Below the pieces are notes generated by a model, which was not told the origin of the DNA, searched no databases, and worked only from the letters and a program-made list of their open reading frames with translations. Positions 25,618 through 38,270 of a stretch of DNA of 64,000 nucleotides are shown piece after piece. The position numbers were made by a program, and so were the translations under genes. Each line of letters begins with the position of its first letter. Within the stretch, counting starts at the first letter, position 1. This DNA comes from the human T2T-CHM13v2.0 reference genome, Homo sapiens: NCBI RefSeq assembly GCF_009914755.1, contig NC_060947.1; one strand, given 5' to 3'.

Positions 25618-28600
25618 GCAATCCTGAGAGGACACACAGACCCTCTGAAGGAGGTGGACTGTGACTGCAGGACCCAGGACAACCCCCAGAAACTTTGAGT
25701 GCCCCAACTGTGGAAGTAGGAAAGGGAGACCCTCTTCTCCAGAACACACACCCCCACTGGAGAAGCTGAAGGTCTGTTTGCGGGAGAAGTTTCCGACTTT
25801 ACCTGGAGCTGAGTCAATCTGGAGAGCCGAGTGAAATACAGGGGTAGAGGAAGCAGCAGAAAGGCCCTGGGAGCTGGCTGGGTCCCCTAGCAGGCCATTC
25901 CTGCCTGGCACCACAGGAATCCAATGGGAGAGGAGCAGGGGGTAAAACTCCACAGAGAGAAGCAAATCTCTAGCTGAACTTTGTAACAATTTGAACAGGG
26001 TGAGACACCTCCTGGCCAGAACTCGGGGGAAGGCACAAATACTGTGTGCGGACTCCACAGACTGGGGAATAACCAAGCCCTTTTCTTTCGCAGCAGGGAG
26101 GCAGATAGCCTGGGGCAGGTTTTCAAGCCTGTATTGCTCTCCGCCTGGAAATGGTGTGGAGGCTGTTGGGGGGGACACAGTGGGAGTGAGACTGGCCCTT
26201 CAGTTTGCATAGGAGTTGGGTGAGTCCTGTGACTGCGGCTTTCCCCCACTTCCCAGACAACCTGCATGACTCAGCAGAGGCAACCGTAATCCTCCTAGCT
26301 ACACAACTCCAGTGACCTGGGAATCCCATCCCCATCCCCTACAGAAGCCACAGCAAGACCTGCCCAAGGAGAGTCTTGAGATCAGGCATACCTAGCCCTG
26401 TCCCCAGCTGGTGGTCCTTCCCTACCCACCGTGGTAGTGGAAAACAAAGAGCATATAATCTTGGGAGTTCTACGGCCCCACCCTCCACTAGTTCCTCCTC
26501 ATAATACCACAGCTGATGCTCTCTGGAAAGCGCCACCTCCTGGCAGGAGGCCAACCAGCACAAAAACAGAACATTAAACCACCAAAGCTAAGAGCCCTCA
26601 GGGAGTCCATTGCACGCCAGCCACCTCCACCAGAACAGGCACCGTTATCCATGGCTGAGAGACCCATAGACAGTTCACATCACAGGACTCTGTGCAGACA
26701 ATGCCCAGTACCAGCTTGGAGCCAGGTAGACTCACTGTATGGCTAGACCCAAAAGAGAGACAACAATCACTGCAGTTCAGCTCACAGGAAGCCACATTCA
26801 TAGGAAAAGGGGGAGAGTACTACATCAAGGGAACACCCCTTGGGACAAAAGAATCTGAACAACAGCCTTCAGCCCTAGACCTTGCCTCTGACAGAGCCTA
26901 CCCAAATGAGAAGGAACCAGAAAACCAACCCTGGTAATACGACAAAACAAGGCCGTTCATCACCCACAAAAATCACACTAGTTCACCAGCAATGGATCCA
27001 AACCAAGAAGAAATTCCTGATTTATCTGAAAAAGAATTCAGGAGGTTAGTTATTACGCTAATCAGGGAGGGACGAGAAAGGCAAAGCCTAATGCAAGGAA
27101 ATCCAAAAAATGATACAAGAAGTGAAGGGAGAAATATTCAAGGAAATAGATAGCTTAAAGAAAAAACAATCAAAAATTCATGAAACTTCGGACACACTTT
27201 TAGAAATGCAAAGTGCTCTGGAAAGTCTCAGCAATAGAATTGAACAAGCAGAAGAAAAGAAATTCAGAGCTTGAAGGCAAGGTCTTCAAATTAACACAAT
27301 CCAAAAAAAAGAAAAAAAAATGAGAAAATATGAACAAAGCCTCCAAAAAGTCTGGGATTATGTTAAATAACCAAACCTAAGAATAATCGGTGTTCCTGAG
27401 GAAGAAGAGAATTCTAAAAGCCTGGAAAACATGTTTGGGGGAATAATCAAGGAAAACTTCCCTGGCCTTGCTAGAGACCTAGACACCCAAATACCTATAA
27501 AACAAAAATACAAGTTAAAAAGCAAAGTACACAGGCAACAAAGAGCACAATGAATGCAATGGTACCTCACATTTCAATACTAACATTTAATGTAAATGAT
27601 CTAAATGCTCCACTTAAAAGATACAGAACCGCATAATGAATGGATAAGAACTCACCAACCAACTATCTGCTGCCTTCAGGAGACTCACCTAGCATGTAAG
27701 GACTCACATAAATTTAAAGTAAAGGCATGGAAAAAGGCATTTCATGCAAATGGATACCAAAAGTGAACAGGGGTAGCTATTCTTATATCAGACAAAACAA
27801 ACTTTAAAGCAACAGCAGTTAAAAGGGACAAAGAGGGACATTATATAATGGTAAAAGGCCTTGTCCAACAGGAAAATATCACAATTCTAAACATATATGT
27901 ACCTAACACTAGAGATCCCAAATTAATAAATAGATATATAATCTATTTATAAATAGATTATAAATAAAATAGTTATAATAGACCTAAGAAATGAGATAGA
28001 CAGAAATACAGTAATAGTGAGGGACTTCAATACTCCATTGACAGCACTAGACAGGTCGTCCAGACAGAAAGTCAACAAAGAAACAATGGATTTAAAGTAT
28101 ACCTTGGAACAAATGGACTTAACAGATATATACAGAACACTTCAACCAACAACCACAGAATACAAATTCTATTCCACAGTTCATGGAACTTTCTCCAAGA
28201 CAGACCATATGATAGGTCATAAAATGAGCCTCAATTTTTAAGAAAATTGAAATTATATCAAGCACTCTCTCAGACCACAGTCGAATAAAACTGGTAGTCA
28301 ACTCCAAAAGGAACCTTCAAAACCATGGAAATACATGGAAATTAAATAACCTGCTCTTGAAAGAGCACTGGGTCAAAAATGAAATCGAGATGGAAATTTA
28401 AAAAATTATTCAAACTGAATGACAAAAATGACACAACCTATTCTGGGACACAGCAAACGTGGTGCTAAGAGGAAAGTTCATAGCCCTAAATGCCTACATC
28501 AAAAAGACTGAAAGAGCACAAACAGACAATGTAAGGTCACACCTCAAGGAAGTAGAGAAACAAGAATAAACCAAACCCAAACCCAGCAGAAGAAAGGAAA

Positions 28601-31377
28601 TAACCAACATCAGAGCAGAACTAAATGAAATTGAAACAAAAAAAAACACCAAAATATAAGTGAAACAAAAAGCTGATTCTTTGAAAAGATAAATAAAATT
28701 GATAGACCATTGGCAAGATTAACCAAGAAAAAAAACAGAGAAAATCCAAATAACCTCACTAAGGAACGAAACAGGAGATGCTACAACTGACACCACTGAA
28801 ATACAAAAGATCAATCAAGGCTACTATGAACACCTTTAGGCACATAAACTAAAAAACCTAGAAGAGAATAATAAATTCCTGGAAAAATAAAACCCTCCTA
28901 GCTTAAATCAGGAAGAATTAGAACAGACCAATAACAAGCAGCGAGATTGAAATGGTAAATAAAACATTACCAACAAAAAAAGTCCAGGACCAGATGGATT
29001 CACAGCAGAATTCTACTAGACATTCAAAGAAGAATTGGTACCAATCCTTTTGACACTGTTCCACAAGATAGAGAAAGGAGGAATTCATTCTATGAAGGCA
29101 GCATCGCCCTAATACCAAAAGCAGGAAAGGATATTACCAAAAAAGAAGACTACAGACTGATATCCTTGATGAACATCGATGCTAAAATCCTTAACAAAAT
29201 ACTTGCTAACCAAATCCAACAACATATCAAAAAGATAATCCACCATGATCAAGTGGGTTTCATACCAGGGAGGCAGGGATGGTTTAACATACGCAAGTCA
29301 ATAAATGTGATACACCACATAAACAGAATTTTTTAAAAAATCACATTATCATTTCAATAGATGCCAGAAAAGCATTTAACAAAATCCAGCATCCCTTTAT
29401 GATTAAAAATCTCAGCAAAATCGGCATACAAGGGACATACCTTAAGGTAATAAAAGGCATCTATGACAAACCCACAGCCAACATAATACTGAATGGGGAA
29501 AAGTTGAAAGCATTCCCTCTGAGAACTGGAACAAGACAAGGATGCTCACTCTCACCACTCCTCTTCAACATAGTACTGGAAGTCCTAGCCAGAGCAATCA
29601 GAAAAAAAAAAAAAAAAAAAAAAAGGAAAAAGAAAGAAAGGGCATCCAAATCGATAAAGAGGAAGTCAAACCGTCACTGTTTGCTGACGATATGATTGTT
29701 TACCTTGAAAATCCTAAGGACTCCTCCAGAAAGCTCCTAGAACTGATAAAAAAGAATTTAGCAAAATTTCTGGAGACAAGATTAATGTACACAAATAAGT
29801 AGCTCTTCTAGACACCAACAGCAACCAAGTGGAGAATCAAATCAAGAACTCAACCCCTTTTACAATAGCTGCAAAAACAAAAAATACTTAGGAATATACC
29901 TAACCAAGGAGGTGAAAGACCTCTATAAGGGAAACTACAAAACACTGCTGAAAGAAATCATAGACAACACAAACAAATGGAAACACATCCCTTGCTCATG
30001 GATGGGTAGAATCAATATTGTGAAAATGACCATACTGCCAAAAGCAATCTACAAATTCAATGCAATCACCATCAAAATACCACCATCATTCTTCACAGAA
30101 TTTGAAAAAACAATTCTAAAATTCACATGGAACCAAAAAAGAGCCCGCATAGCCAAAGCAAGGCTAACAAAAAAGAATAAATCTGGAGGCATCACACTAC
30201 CTGATTTCAAATTATACTATAAGGCCATAGTCACCAAAACAGCATGGTACTGGTACAAAAATAGGCCATAGGCCAGTGGAACAGAATAGAGAACCCAGAA
30301 ATAAACCCAGATACTTACAGCCAACTGATCTTCAACAAAGCAAACAAAAACATAAAGTGGGGAAAGGACACCCTTTTTAAGAAATGGTGCTAGGATAATT
30401 GGCTAGCCACATGTAGGAGAATGAAACTGTATCCTCATCTCTCACCTTATACAAAAATCAACTCAACATGAACTAAGGACTTAAACCTGAGACCTGAAAC
30501 TATAAAAATTCTAGAAGATAACATTGGAAAAACCCTTCTAGACATTGGCTTAGGCAAGGATTTCATGACCAAGATCCCAAAAGCAAATGCAATAAAAACA
30601 AAGAAAAAATGGCTGGGACCTAATAAAACTAAAGAGCTTTTGCATGGCAAAAGGAACAGTCAGCAGAGTAAACAGACAAACCACAGAGTGGGAGAAAATC
30701 TTCACAATCTATGCACCTGACAAAGGACAAATATCCAGAATCTGCAATGAACTCAAACAAATCAGTAAGAAAAAAACAAACAATCCCATCAAAAAGTGGG
30801 CTAAGGACATGAATAGACAATTCTCACAAGAAGATATACAAATGGCCAACAAACATATGAAAAAATGCTCAACATCACTAATGATCGGGGAAATGCAAAT
30901 CAAAAGTGCAATGTGATACCACCTTACTCCTGCAAAAATAGCCATAATCAAAAAATCAAAAAACAGCAGACGTTGGCGCAGGAGCAGTGATCAGGGAACA
31001 CTTCTACACTGCTGGTGGGAATGTAAACTGGTACAGCCACTATAGAAAACAGTGTGGAGATTCCTTAAAGAACTAAAAGTAGAACTACCATTTGATCCAG
31101 CAATCCCACTACTGGGTATCTACCCAGAGGAAAAGAAGTCATTATTCAAAAAAGATACTTGCACACGCATGTTTATAGCAGCACAATTAACACCTGCAAA
31201 ATTGTGGAACCAACCCAAATGCCCATCAATCATTTAGTATATAAAGAAATAAAGAAACTGTGATATATATATACGTGTATATATATATATATATATATAT
31301 ATACGTGTATATATATCTATACGTGTATATATATCTATATGTGTATATATCTATACGTGTATATATATCTATACGTG

Positions 31378-31439
<62 letters not shown>

Positions 31440-31836
31440 GGAATACTACACATCCATAAAAAGGAATGAATTAACAGCACTTGCAGTGACCTGGATGAGA
31501 CTGGAGTCTATTATTCTAAGTGAAGTAACTCAGGAATGGAAAACCAAACATCGTATGTTCTCACTGATATGTGTGAGCTAAGCTATGAGGACACAAAGGC
31601 ATAAGAATGATGCAATGGACTTTGGGAACTTGTGGGGATGAGTTGGAGGAGAACAAAGGCTAGAAGACAAATATTGTGCAGTGTATACTGCTCGGGTTAC
31701 AGGTGCACCAAAATCTCACAAATCACCACTGAAGAACTTACTTATGTAACCAAATACTACCTGTACTCCAATAACTTATGGGGGAAAAAGAAACCTTTAT
31801 AAATAAATAAAATAAACTTTTATAAATAAATAAAAA
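25618..31836 (+). mobile_element. Near-full-length inactive L1PB-type LINE-1
   Basis: GC-rich 5'UTR, ORF1 remnant from ~26990, and ORF2 remnants ([17 protein letters not shown]; [17 protein letters not shown]) with stops and frameshifts. A-rich tail and an exact 17-bp TSD AAGAACCTGAAAGGGCA (25601-25617 and 31837-31853). Confidence 0.95.
31263..31437. repeat. Compound (TA)n / 16-bp TATATATCTATACGTG / (CA)n / (TA)n microsatellite inside L1
   Basis: Directly visible. Confidence 0.95.
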
Positions 31837-32714
31837 AAGAACCTGAAAGGGCACTGTGTCCAATCCCTCACCCAGTGGCTGTCCCCCACCACCACCACAC
31901 TTCCACCAAATCTATGTAGTCTCTGGACACCTCCCCACCACCACCCTCTACTATAATAGAAAATACCATAAGCTTTGGAGAGGGGCCAGTTGAGGTTCAA
32001 ATTTGGGCTCTGCCATTTTCCATCTCTAAATTTCAACATCTTCATCTGCAAAATGGGTATTATAATACCTAACTTGAAGTGAGCTAATAGAACTAAAGCA
32101 CAGGGCAAGGCATATGGGAGATGCTACACAATGTTATTTTTCTTTCCTTTTCCTTCACAAAAATCTCCCATTGTTTCCAACTTGTCTATTTCCTGTGAGT
32201 CTTGAGATAATCCTCTTTATTATGCTTTAGACCTTGAGCCTCTGTTAAACAAATCTATTGTGAATGTCTCAGAATATTTAATATTCCAAGATCCTACCCC
32301 TGAGTCTGAAGAATCTGACAAGATGGCCCCATTTTAGCTCAAAGAATATTGCCATCAATTCACCCAAGGCCTGCCCTCCCACTCTTTCTGGAAGTTTTCC
32401 TGTTGTCTCCTTTAAGCCATTCAAGCACAGGGGAAGGCACACATTAAAGGAGCTACGAATTCAAAGGAAGAAAACAGCCTAAATTTGCTCCTTTATTTAT
32501 TCAGTCACTCAACAAACTTTTTTGATCATTTACCATGTGCCAGAAACAGCACTAGGCCACGAAAACATAGCACTGAACACGACAGGCATAGAAACTGTCC
32601 TTAGAGTTCACAGCCTATGCTGGAGACCAACAGTGAATAAGTAGTCACTTCAAAGAGAGAGAGGAGCACTCAAGGTGGAGAAACCTGATATACCTAGGGA
32701 TCCAGGAAGGATTC

Positions 32715-33350
32715 TGTCTTAGTCCGGGTGCCTCTAAATGCAGACCATGAGAGAAAGACTTGAGTGCAATTAGTTGATTTGGGAGGTGACCCCCAAAAGC
32801 AGGAGTGAGGAAATGGAGAGAGTAAGATGGAAAGATGTTTTTAAAAGCCGGTGAAAGATGCTGGGTGCAGTGGCTCAACCCTGCAATCCCAGCACTTTGG
32901 GAGGCCAAGGCAGGAGAATCACTTGAGTCCAGGAGTTCAAGACCAGCCTGGACAACATGGCAAAACCCTGTCTCTGCAAAACACCAAAACATTAGCTGGA
33001 TGTGGGGGTGCACACCTGTGGTCCCAGCTACTCGGGAGACTGAGGTGGGAGGACCACCTGAGCCCAGAGAGGTCGAGGATTTAGTGAGCCAAGATTGCAC
33101 CACTACGCTCCATCCTGTGTGACAGAGCGAGACCTTGTCTCAAAAAAAAAAAGATAAAGAAAAAGAAAAAAAAAAGCCAATGAAAGGAGCAATTTGCCTT
33201 TCTGGGCAACTGAGTCCTGCGGGGGACGTTTTGAGAAACTATGTGGAACACACCTCAGAATTCTCTCACCAGAAGCCGAGGAGCTTCGGGTATCTATCCA
33301 CTGGCTCTGTTCCTCATTCCTTGAGGGCTGTCTCCCAGGAGCCTTAACAC
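32715..33350 (-). mobile_element. ERVL LTR33/LTR16-like LTR split by an AluJ
   Basis: tgtcttagtccgggtgcc...gagtgcaattagttgatttgggaggtga, resuming after the Alu. Confidence 0.5.
32860..33175 (+). mobile_element. AluJ
   Basis: Diverged dimer (gaggtgggaggaccacctgagccc); degenerate TSD aaaagcc..tgaaag. Confidence 0.92.
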
Positions 33351-33390
33351 CCCCCTCAACATACAGACACACTTCGGGGTATACCTACAT

Positions 33391-33581
33391 CAGGGTTTCT
33401 CCACTTCAGCACTATTGACATTTGGAGCCAGGTGATCCTTTGTTTTGGGACAGTCCTGTGCCTTGTAGGATAGTTAGCAACATCCCTGGCCTCTACTCAC
33501 TAGATGCCAGTAGCATCACGCCCGCTCCTCCGAAGTGTGACAACCAAAAAATATTTCCAGACACTGCCAAACGTCCCCTGG
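33391..33581. mobile_element. MER20 hAT-Charlie element
   Basis: gcactattgacatttg...agcaacatccctggcctctactcactagatgccagtagc...ccagacactgccaaacgtcccctgg. Confidence 0.8.
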
Positions 33582-33938
33582 TCTATGTGCAGCTGAGCAA
33601 GGATCCACAATGCCAAAAAATGCCCTCAATTAGAGAAGAATGATGCTGGAGAAGAGTGGAAGGCTCAGGGGACATGAGGCCAGCATCAACACCAGCTGCT
33701 GCAGCTTCCCCAAGGATGTTATGGTGTTTAAGCTGGAATTTAAAGAATGGGGAGGAATTCACCTTTGAAAGTGGAAAACAACAAGACTGGAAGGACACCT
33801 GCTTTGTAGATGATGGAATCCCCAGCAGCCAGCACAATGCCCAACAACATATGGTAGCAGCTCAATAATTCAAGCCTGGGCTGCTTCACATCAATGGAAA
33901 TGTCAAGAAGCATAGATAAACAAAAAGACAGAGCCTTA

Positions 33939-34433
<495 letters not shown>

Positions 34434-34579
34434 TCACCACGTACAAAACTCTGTGGTGGGTAGGTTTGGGAAGAATGGAGGAGGATCATAGCACTGTGCG
34501 GCTCAATAAACAACTTTCAGTTGCTGTCCTGAATGTCCTTGGCTCTTCCTGCTGTGAGCACTTTGTCACTAGCTTCCTT

Positions 34580-34760
34580 TCTCCCCTGGCTCTGCTCTCT
34601 GCTACGTTGCTCTGTCTGACATCCACTCCCACTATCATAGTTGTCTGTGTCTGTGGCTCTGTCTGCACCTGCCTCTCTCCATCACTATCTCTCTCTGTCT
34701 GCTTGTCTGTCTCCCCTTCCCTAACCCTTTCACTCTTCCTTTCAATTTCCTTGTCTTCCC
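34580..34760. repeat. CT-rich low-complexity tract
   Basis: Pyrimidine-biased (CTGT/CTCT)n text. Confidence 0.6.
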
Positions 34761-36202
34761 CATGACAGCCCACCTCAGGGGCCTTTGTCACTGCATTAAA
34801 AAATTTGAGGTTGCAGCTCTAATCCCTGGGACAAGCTTGTTTTCTTGGTCTCTTTCACCTTGTTCCCTCCTGCACAGGTGGAAAGCTGTGGCCTTCCTCA
34901 GGAGGGTCAAGACTAAACTTAGGTTTGGACTTAGAAAACAAGACTAGTTTTTTAGGTGAGCCTGGCCCAGGCAAAGGAATATTGCGTGATGTCCATGAGT
35001 TTGCAGTGTAGTCTGGAGACACAGCCCCAGGAAGTAATAGACCCTGGTTTTCCTCTTGTGTGCATCTATTTACCTTTAGGACTATATTTGGCAGGGTATG
35101 GGGAGGAGGACAATAATGACTAGTAAAATATTTATTTGGATATTCCTGAATCTCCTTAGGAATTTTCTCTTAGATTCATCCTCTTAATATCACCCCAAAA
35201 CCAGGTTGAAGAATTAAGAGATGCTTGTCAAAATATACAGAGCAGAGACTATTATAAACACAAAAGAAAAAGTTTTGAAAAAACACCTCTTCTAAATTTG
35301 GAAAAATCTAGCTAAAAATTGATATTAAAGATTTTATTTAATACTACAGTTATAAAACTTGATTGAATATATATATACACATACAGACACATATGTGATT
35401 ATTCATTATTTTATGTGGATATATGTCTTAGTCATTTTCTGTTACTATAACTGGATACTTCCTGCTTAGGAATAAATGACTTAGAGTGGGGACCAGCAGA
35501 AGTCACAACTGGGTCCAAAAGCACTCACTAGCACCTCATCCTCTCCAGTCACTCCCATCTCAGGGAGGTGGCCAGACGGAAAGAGCGTCCTGCCTTGATT
35601 CCAAACTAGGGGAGTAGAGGAATAAGGGATTCTGTCTTTTCCTTTTTTGTCCACTGTGCCTGTATAAATAGTCCTTTTCCTTTTTAAGTGCCTGATGATA
35701 GATGCTCATTGAGGTTGATCCACATAGGCCAGTTAGATATGAGGGAGAAAAGCCATTGACTCCACCCTAATTCTTTAGGTCAACTCAAATATCTTTAGGA
35801 ATACATGTAGATACTCAGCATAAGTATGGAAGATTCCAAATGTGTACAGGGTCAAGGGAACAGCTGCTGGGGAGAGTAAAATGCATCACTGAGACAGGAA
35901 GAGGTAAGGAAATACAATAAGTACATGGAGTTTATAGGAAATGCACTGATTCAATTCAATAAACACTGCCAGGCACTGGAAAATAAGATTTGAAACATGT
36001 CTTCAAGGAACTCATGGTTTGGTAGAGGCTCTCCTACAATGTTCATTAAAGGTTTTTCCCTCAGTGATGGAAAAAGTGTCGAAATCTAGAGTGCTCCAAT
36101 GAAAAAATATATGTGAAATTATTTAAAAGGTTATAAAGCACCAAATTCTGTATTATTTTCACTATTTATTACTTGATCATAAAGCTCTTCCTAATAATAT
36201 AT

Positions 36203-36410
36203 AGCAAGGGTTGGCAAACCACAGACTGCTGCCTGTGTTTGTACATAAAGTTTTACTGGACCATAGCCATGTCCATTCATTTACCTATTACCTATGGCTG
36301 CTTTCATCCCTACAAAAGCAGAGTGGAGTTGTTGCCACCAAAATGGCATGGCCCGCAAATACTAAAATATTTACTATCTTCCCTTTACAGCTGAAGATTA
36401 CCAACATCTG
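36203..36410. mobile_element. MER58A-like MITE
   Basis: agggttggcaaac...ataaagttttactgga...ctaaaatatttactatct...ccaacatctg. Confidence 0.75.
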
Positions 36411-37797
36411 ATATATAGAGTCATTCAAATGTTCCCTGGGTCACTCAATTCTCCTGAATCTTCTTTCTTTTCCTGTAGAGAATGACTGTTTTTTTCACGT
36501 GTGAAAAAACCTGTCATTCAAAAAAATTCTTTATAATTGAGTGAAAAACACAGGATGGTAGGTTTTTAACTCTTTCAACAATAAAATAACACAGAATCAT
36601 AATTATTATTTATTGCTTTCTATTTTACTAAATTATTGGAAATAAAATTTTGCTTTTATAAATTAAAAAATTCATTCTGCCATGTGGCAACTTGTGTTTT
36701 TCCAGTTTTTTTTTAAAGATGAAAGCTTTTCTCCTTAAATTATGACAATCTGTCTTGTAGAAGAAATAATTGCTTTGCATTAAGTTGACTTGCTTTATTC
36801 TGTGTTATTATTGCCAAGCAACCTCATCTTAAATCCCAAAGTTCTAACTTCTTTTAATAGACATAGAGGTATTATCTGAGTTCCAAGAATTTATATTAAG
36901 CTCTTACAAAGTGTATTATGAATGTAGCCCACACAAATACTGAAACATAACTCTGGGACAGCTGCACTAGACCCAAGGCTGGTTTCAGTTTCCATTTACT
37001 CTTTGAATGTAGCAAATATCCAGAAGTTAAAAAAAAATCCTCTGAGAAACCAAGATATGAGTTGGCATTGGATTAATCCCACACTGGTATTTGTGATCAT
37101 CAAAAAACTGGAGCCACAGCTATGTGGCCTAAACCAGATGGGAGCATGAACTTTCTTCCTCTGCCAAGTATTATTTCATGTGTATTTTTAAAATCGTCAC
37201 TACACCTAGAACCAACAGGTTTGCTATCCTTTAACATTTGAATTAGGTTTTAGGGGAGAAAAAAACCCTTGGTTTGTTTTTGAGTTAGACCTTAGAAAAC
37301 CACTCCTGAGGCCCTGAAGAAATAAGAACCAGGTAAACGTCAGCTTTGAAAACCTGAAAAATAGTCATTCTTAGTATACACAGTTTGCTTCATTATTGCC
37401 ATTTGGACATATCACTTGCCTAGTCCCTGACTCTTCTTCTATTGCTTTCTTCTAGTCACCATGCACTAAGTGGTTTTGGCAGTGTTAGGTCTCCTGTTGC
37501 AAAGGCCAAAATTATCCCAAAATAGAAGCAAAGAAGCAGCATAGGCCAAGGAAGGCCTTAAAGAAAAGCATATGCATTAACATAAGAAGATTTTGGAAAG
37601 TAGATGAGAGGGATGTCTTCAGGCCAAAGAGAGGAAGAATCCAGTTTGGTTAAAGAAAGTGGCTAAAAAGATTCTGGCTAATTCTGAATACATTTTATGT
37701 CCATACTTTATCTAAGAGAAGAGTTTATCCATTAGCAACCTGCATCTGGGCACAGCCAACCTTTAAAACTATAATTGGTACCTTTCCCATTAGTAAA

Positions 37798-38270
37798 TAT
37801 TATGAATTGAATTGCTGTTCTTGCCCCTCCAAAATTCATATGTTGAAGCCCTAACCCTCAGTACCTCAGAATGTGACCTTATTTGGAAATAGGGTCATTG
37901 CAGGTGCAATTAGTTAAGATGAGGTCATAATGGAGTACAGTGGGCCCTAATCCAATACAACTGGTGTCCTTATGAAAAGGGAAAATCCTGACACAGATAT
38001 GCACACAGGGAGAAGAATACAATGTGAACACCAAGGCAGGTATCAGGGTAATGAACCTGCAAGTCACGAAGGCCAAATATTGCCAGCAAACCACTAGAAA
38101 GTTAGGTGAGTAGCATGGAACGGATTCTCTCTCACCGCCCTCAGAAGAAACCAATCCTGCCCATACCTTGATCTTGGACTTCCAGCCTCCAGAACTGTGA
38201 TACAATAAATTTCTGTTGTTTAAGCTGCCCAGTTTGGTACTTTGTTACAGCAGCCCTAGCAGACTAACAC
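37798..38270 (+). mobile_element. MLT1C-like MaLR solo LTR
   Basis: cagaatgtgaccttatttggaaataggg...ggacttccagcctccagaactgtga...aataaa...gactaacaca; near-TSD gtaaa/gtaga. Confidence 0.85.

Noticed and set aside
25552-31581. ORFs with reverse-transcriptase or endonuclease similarity
   Set aside because: Fragments of a dead L1PB with many stops and frameshifts, not a functional gene or novel RT system.
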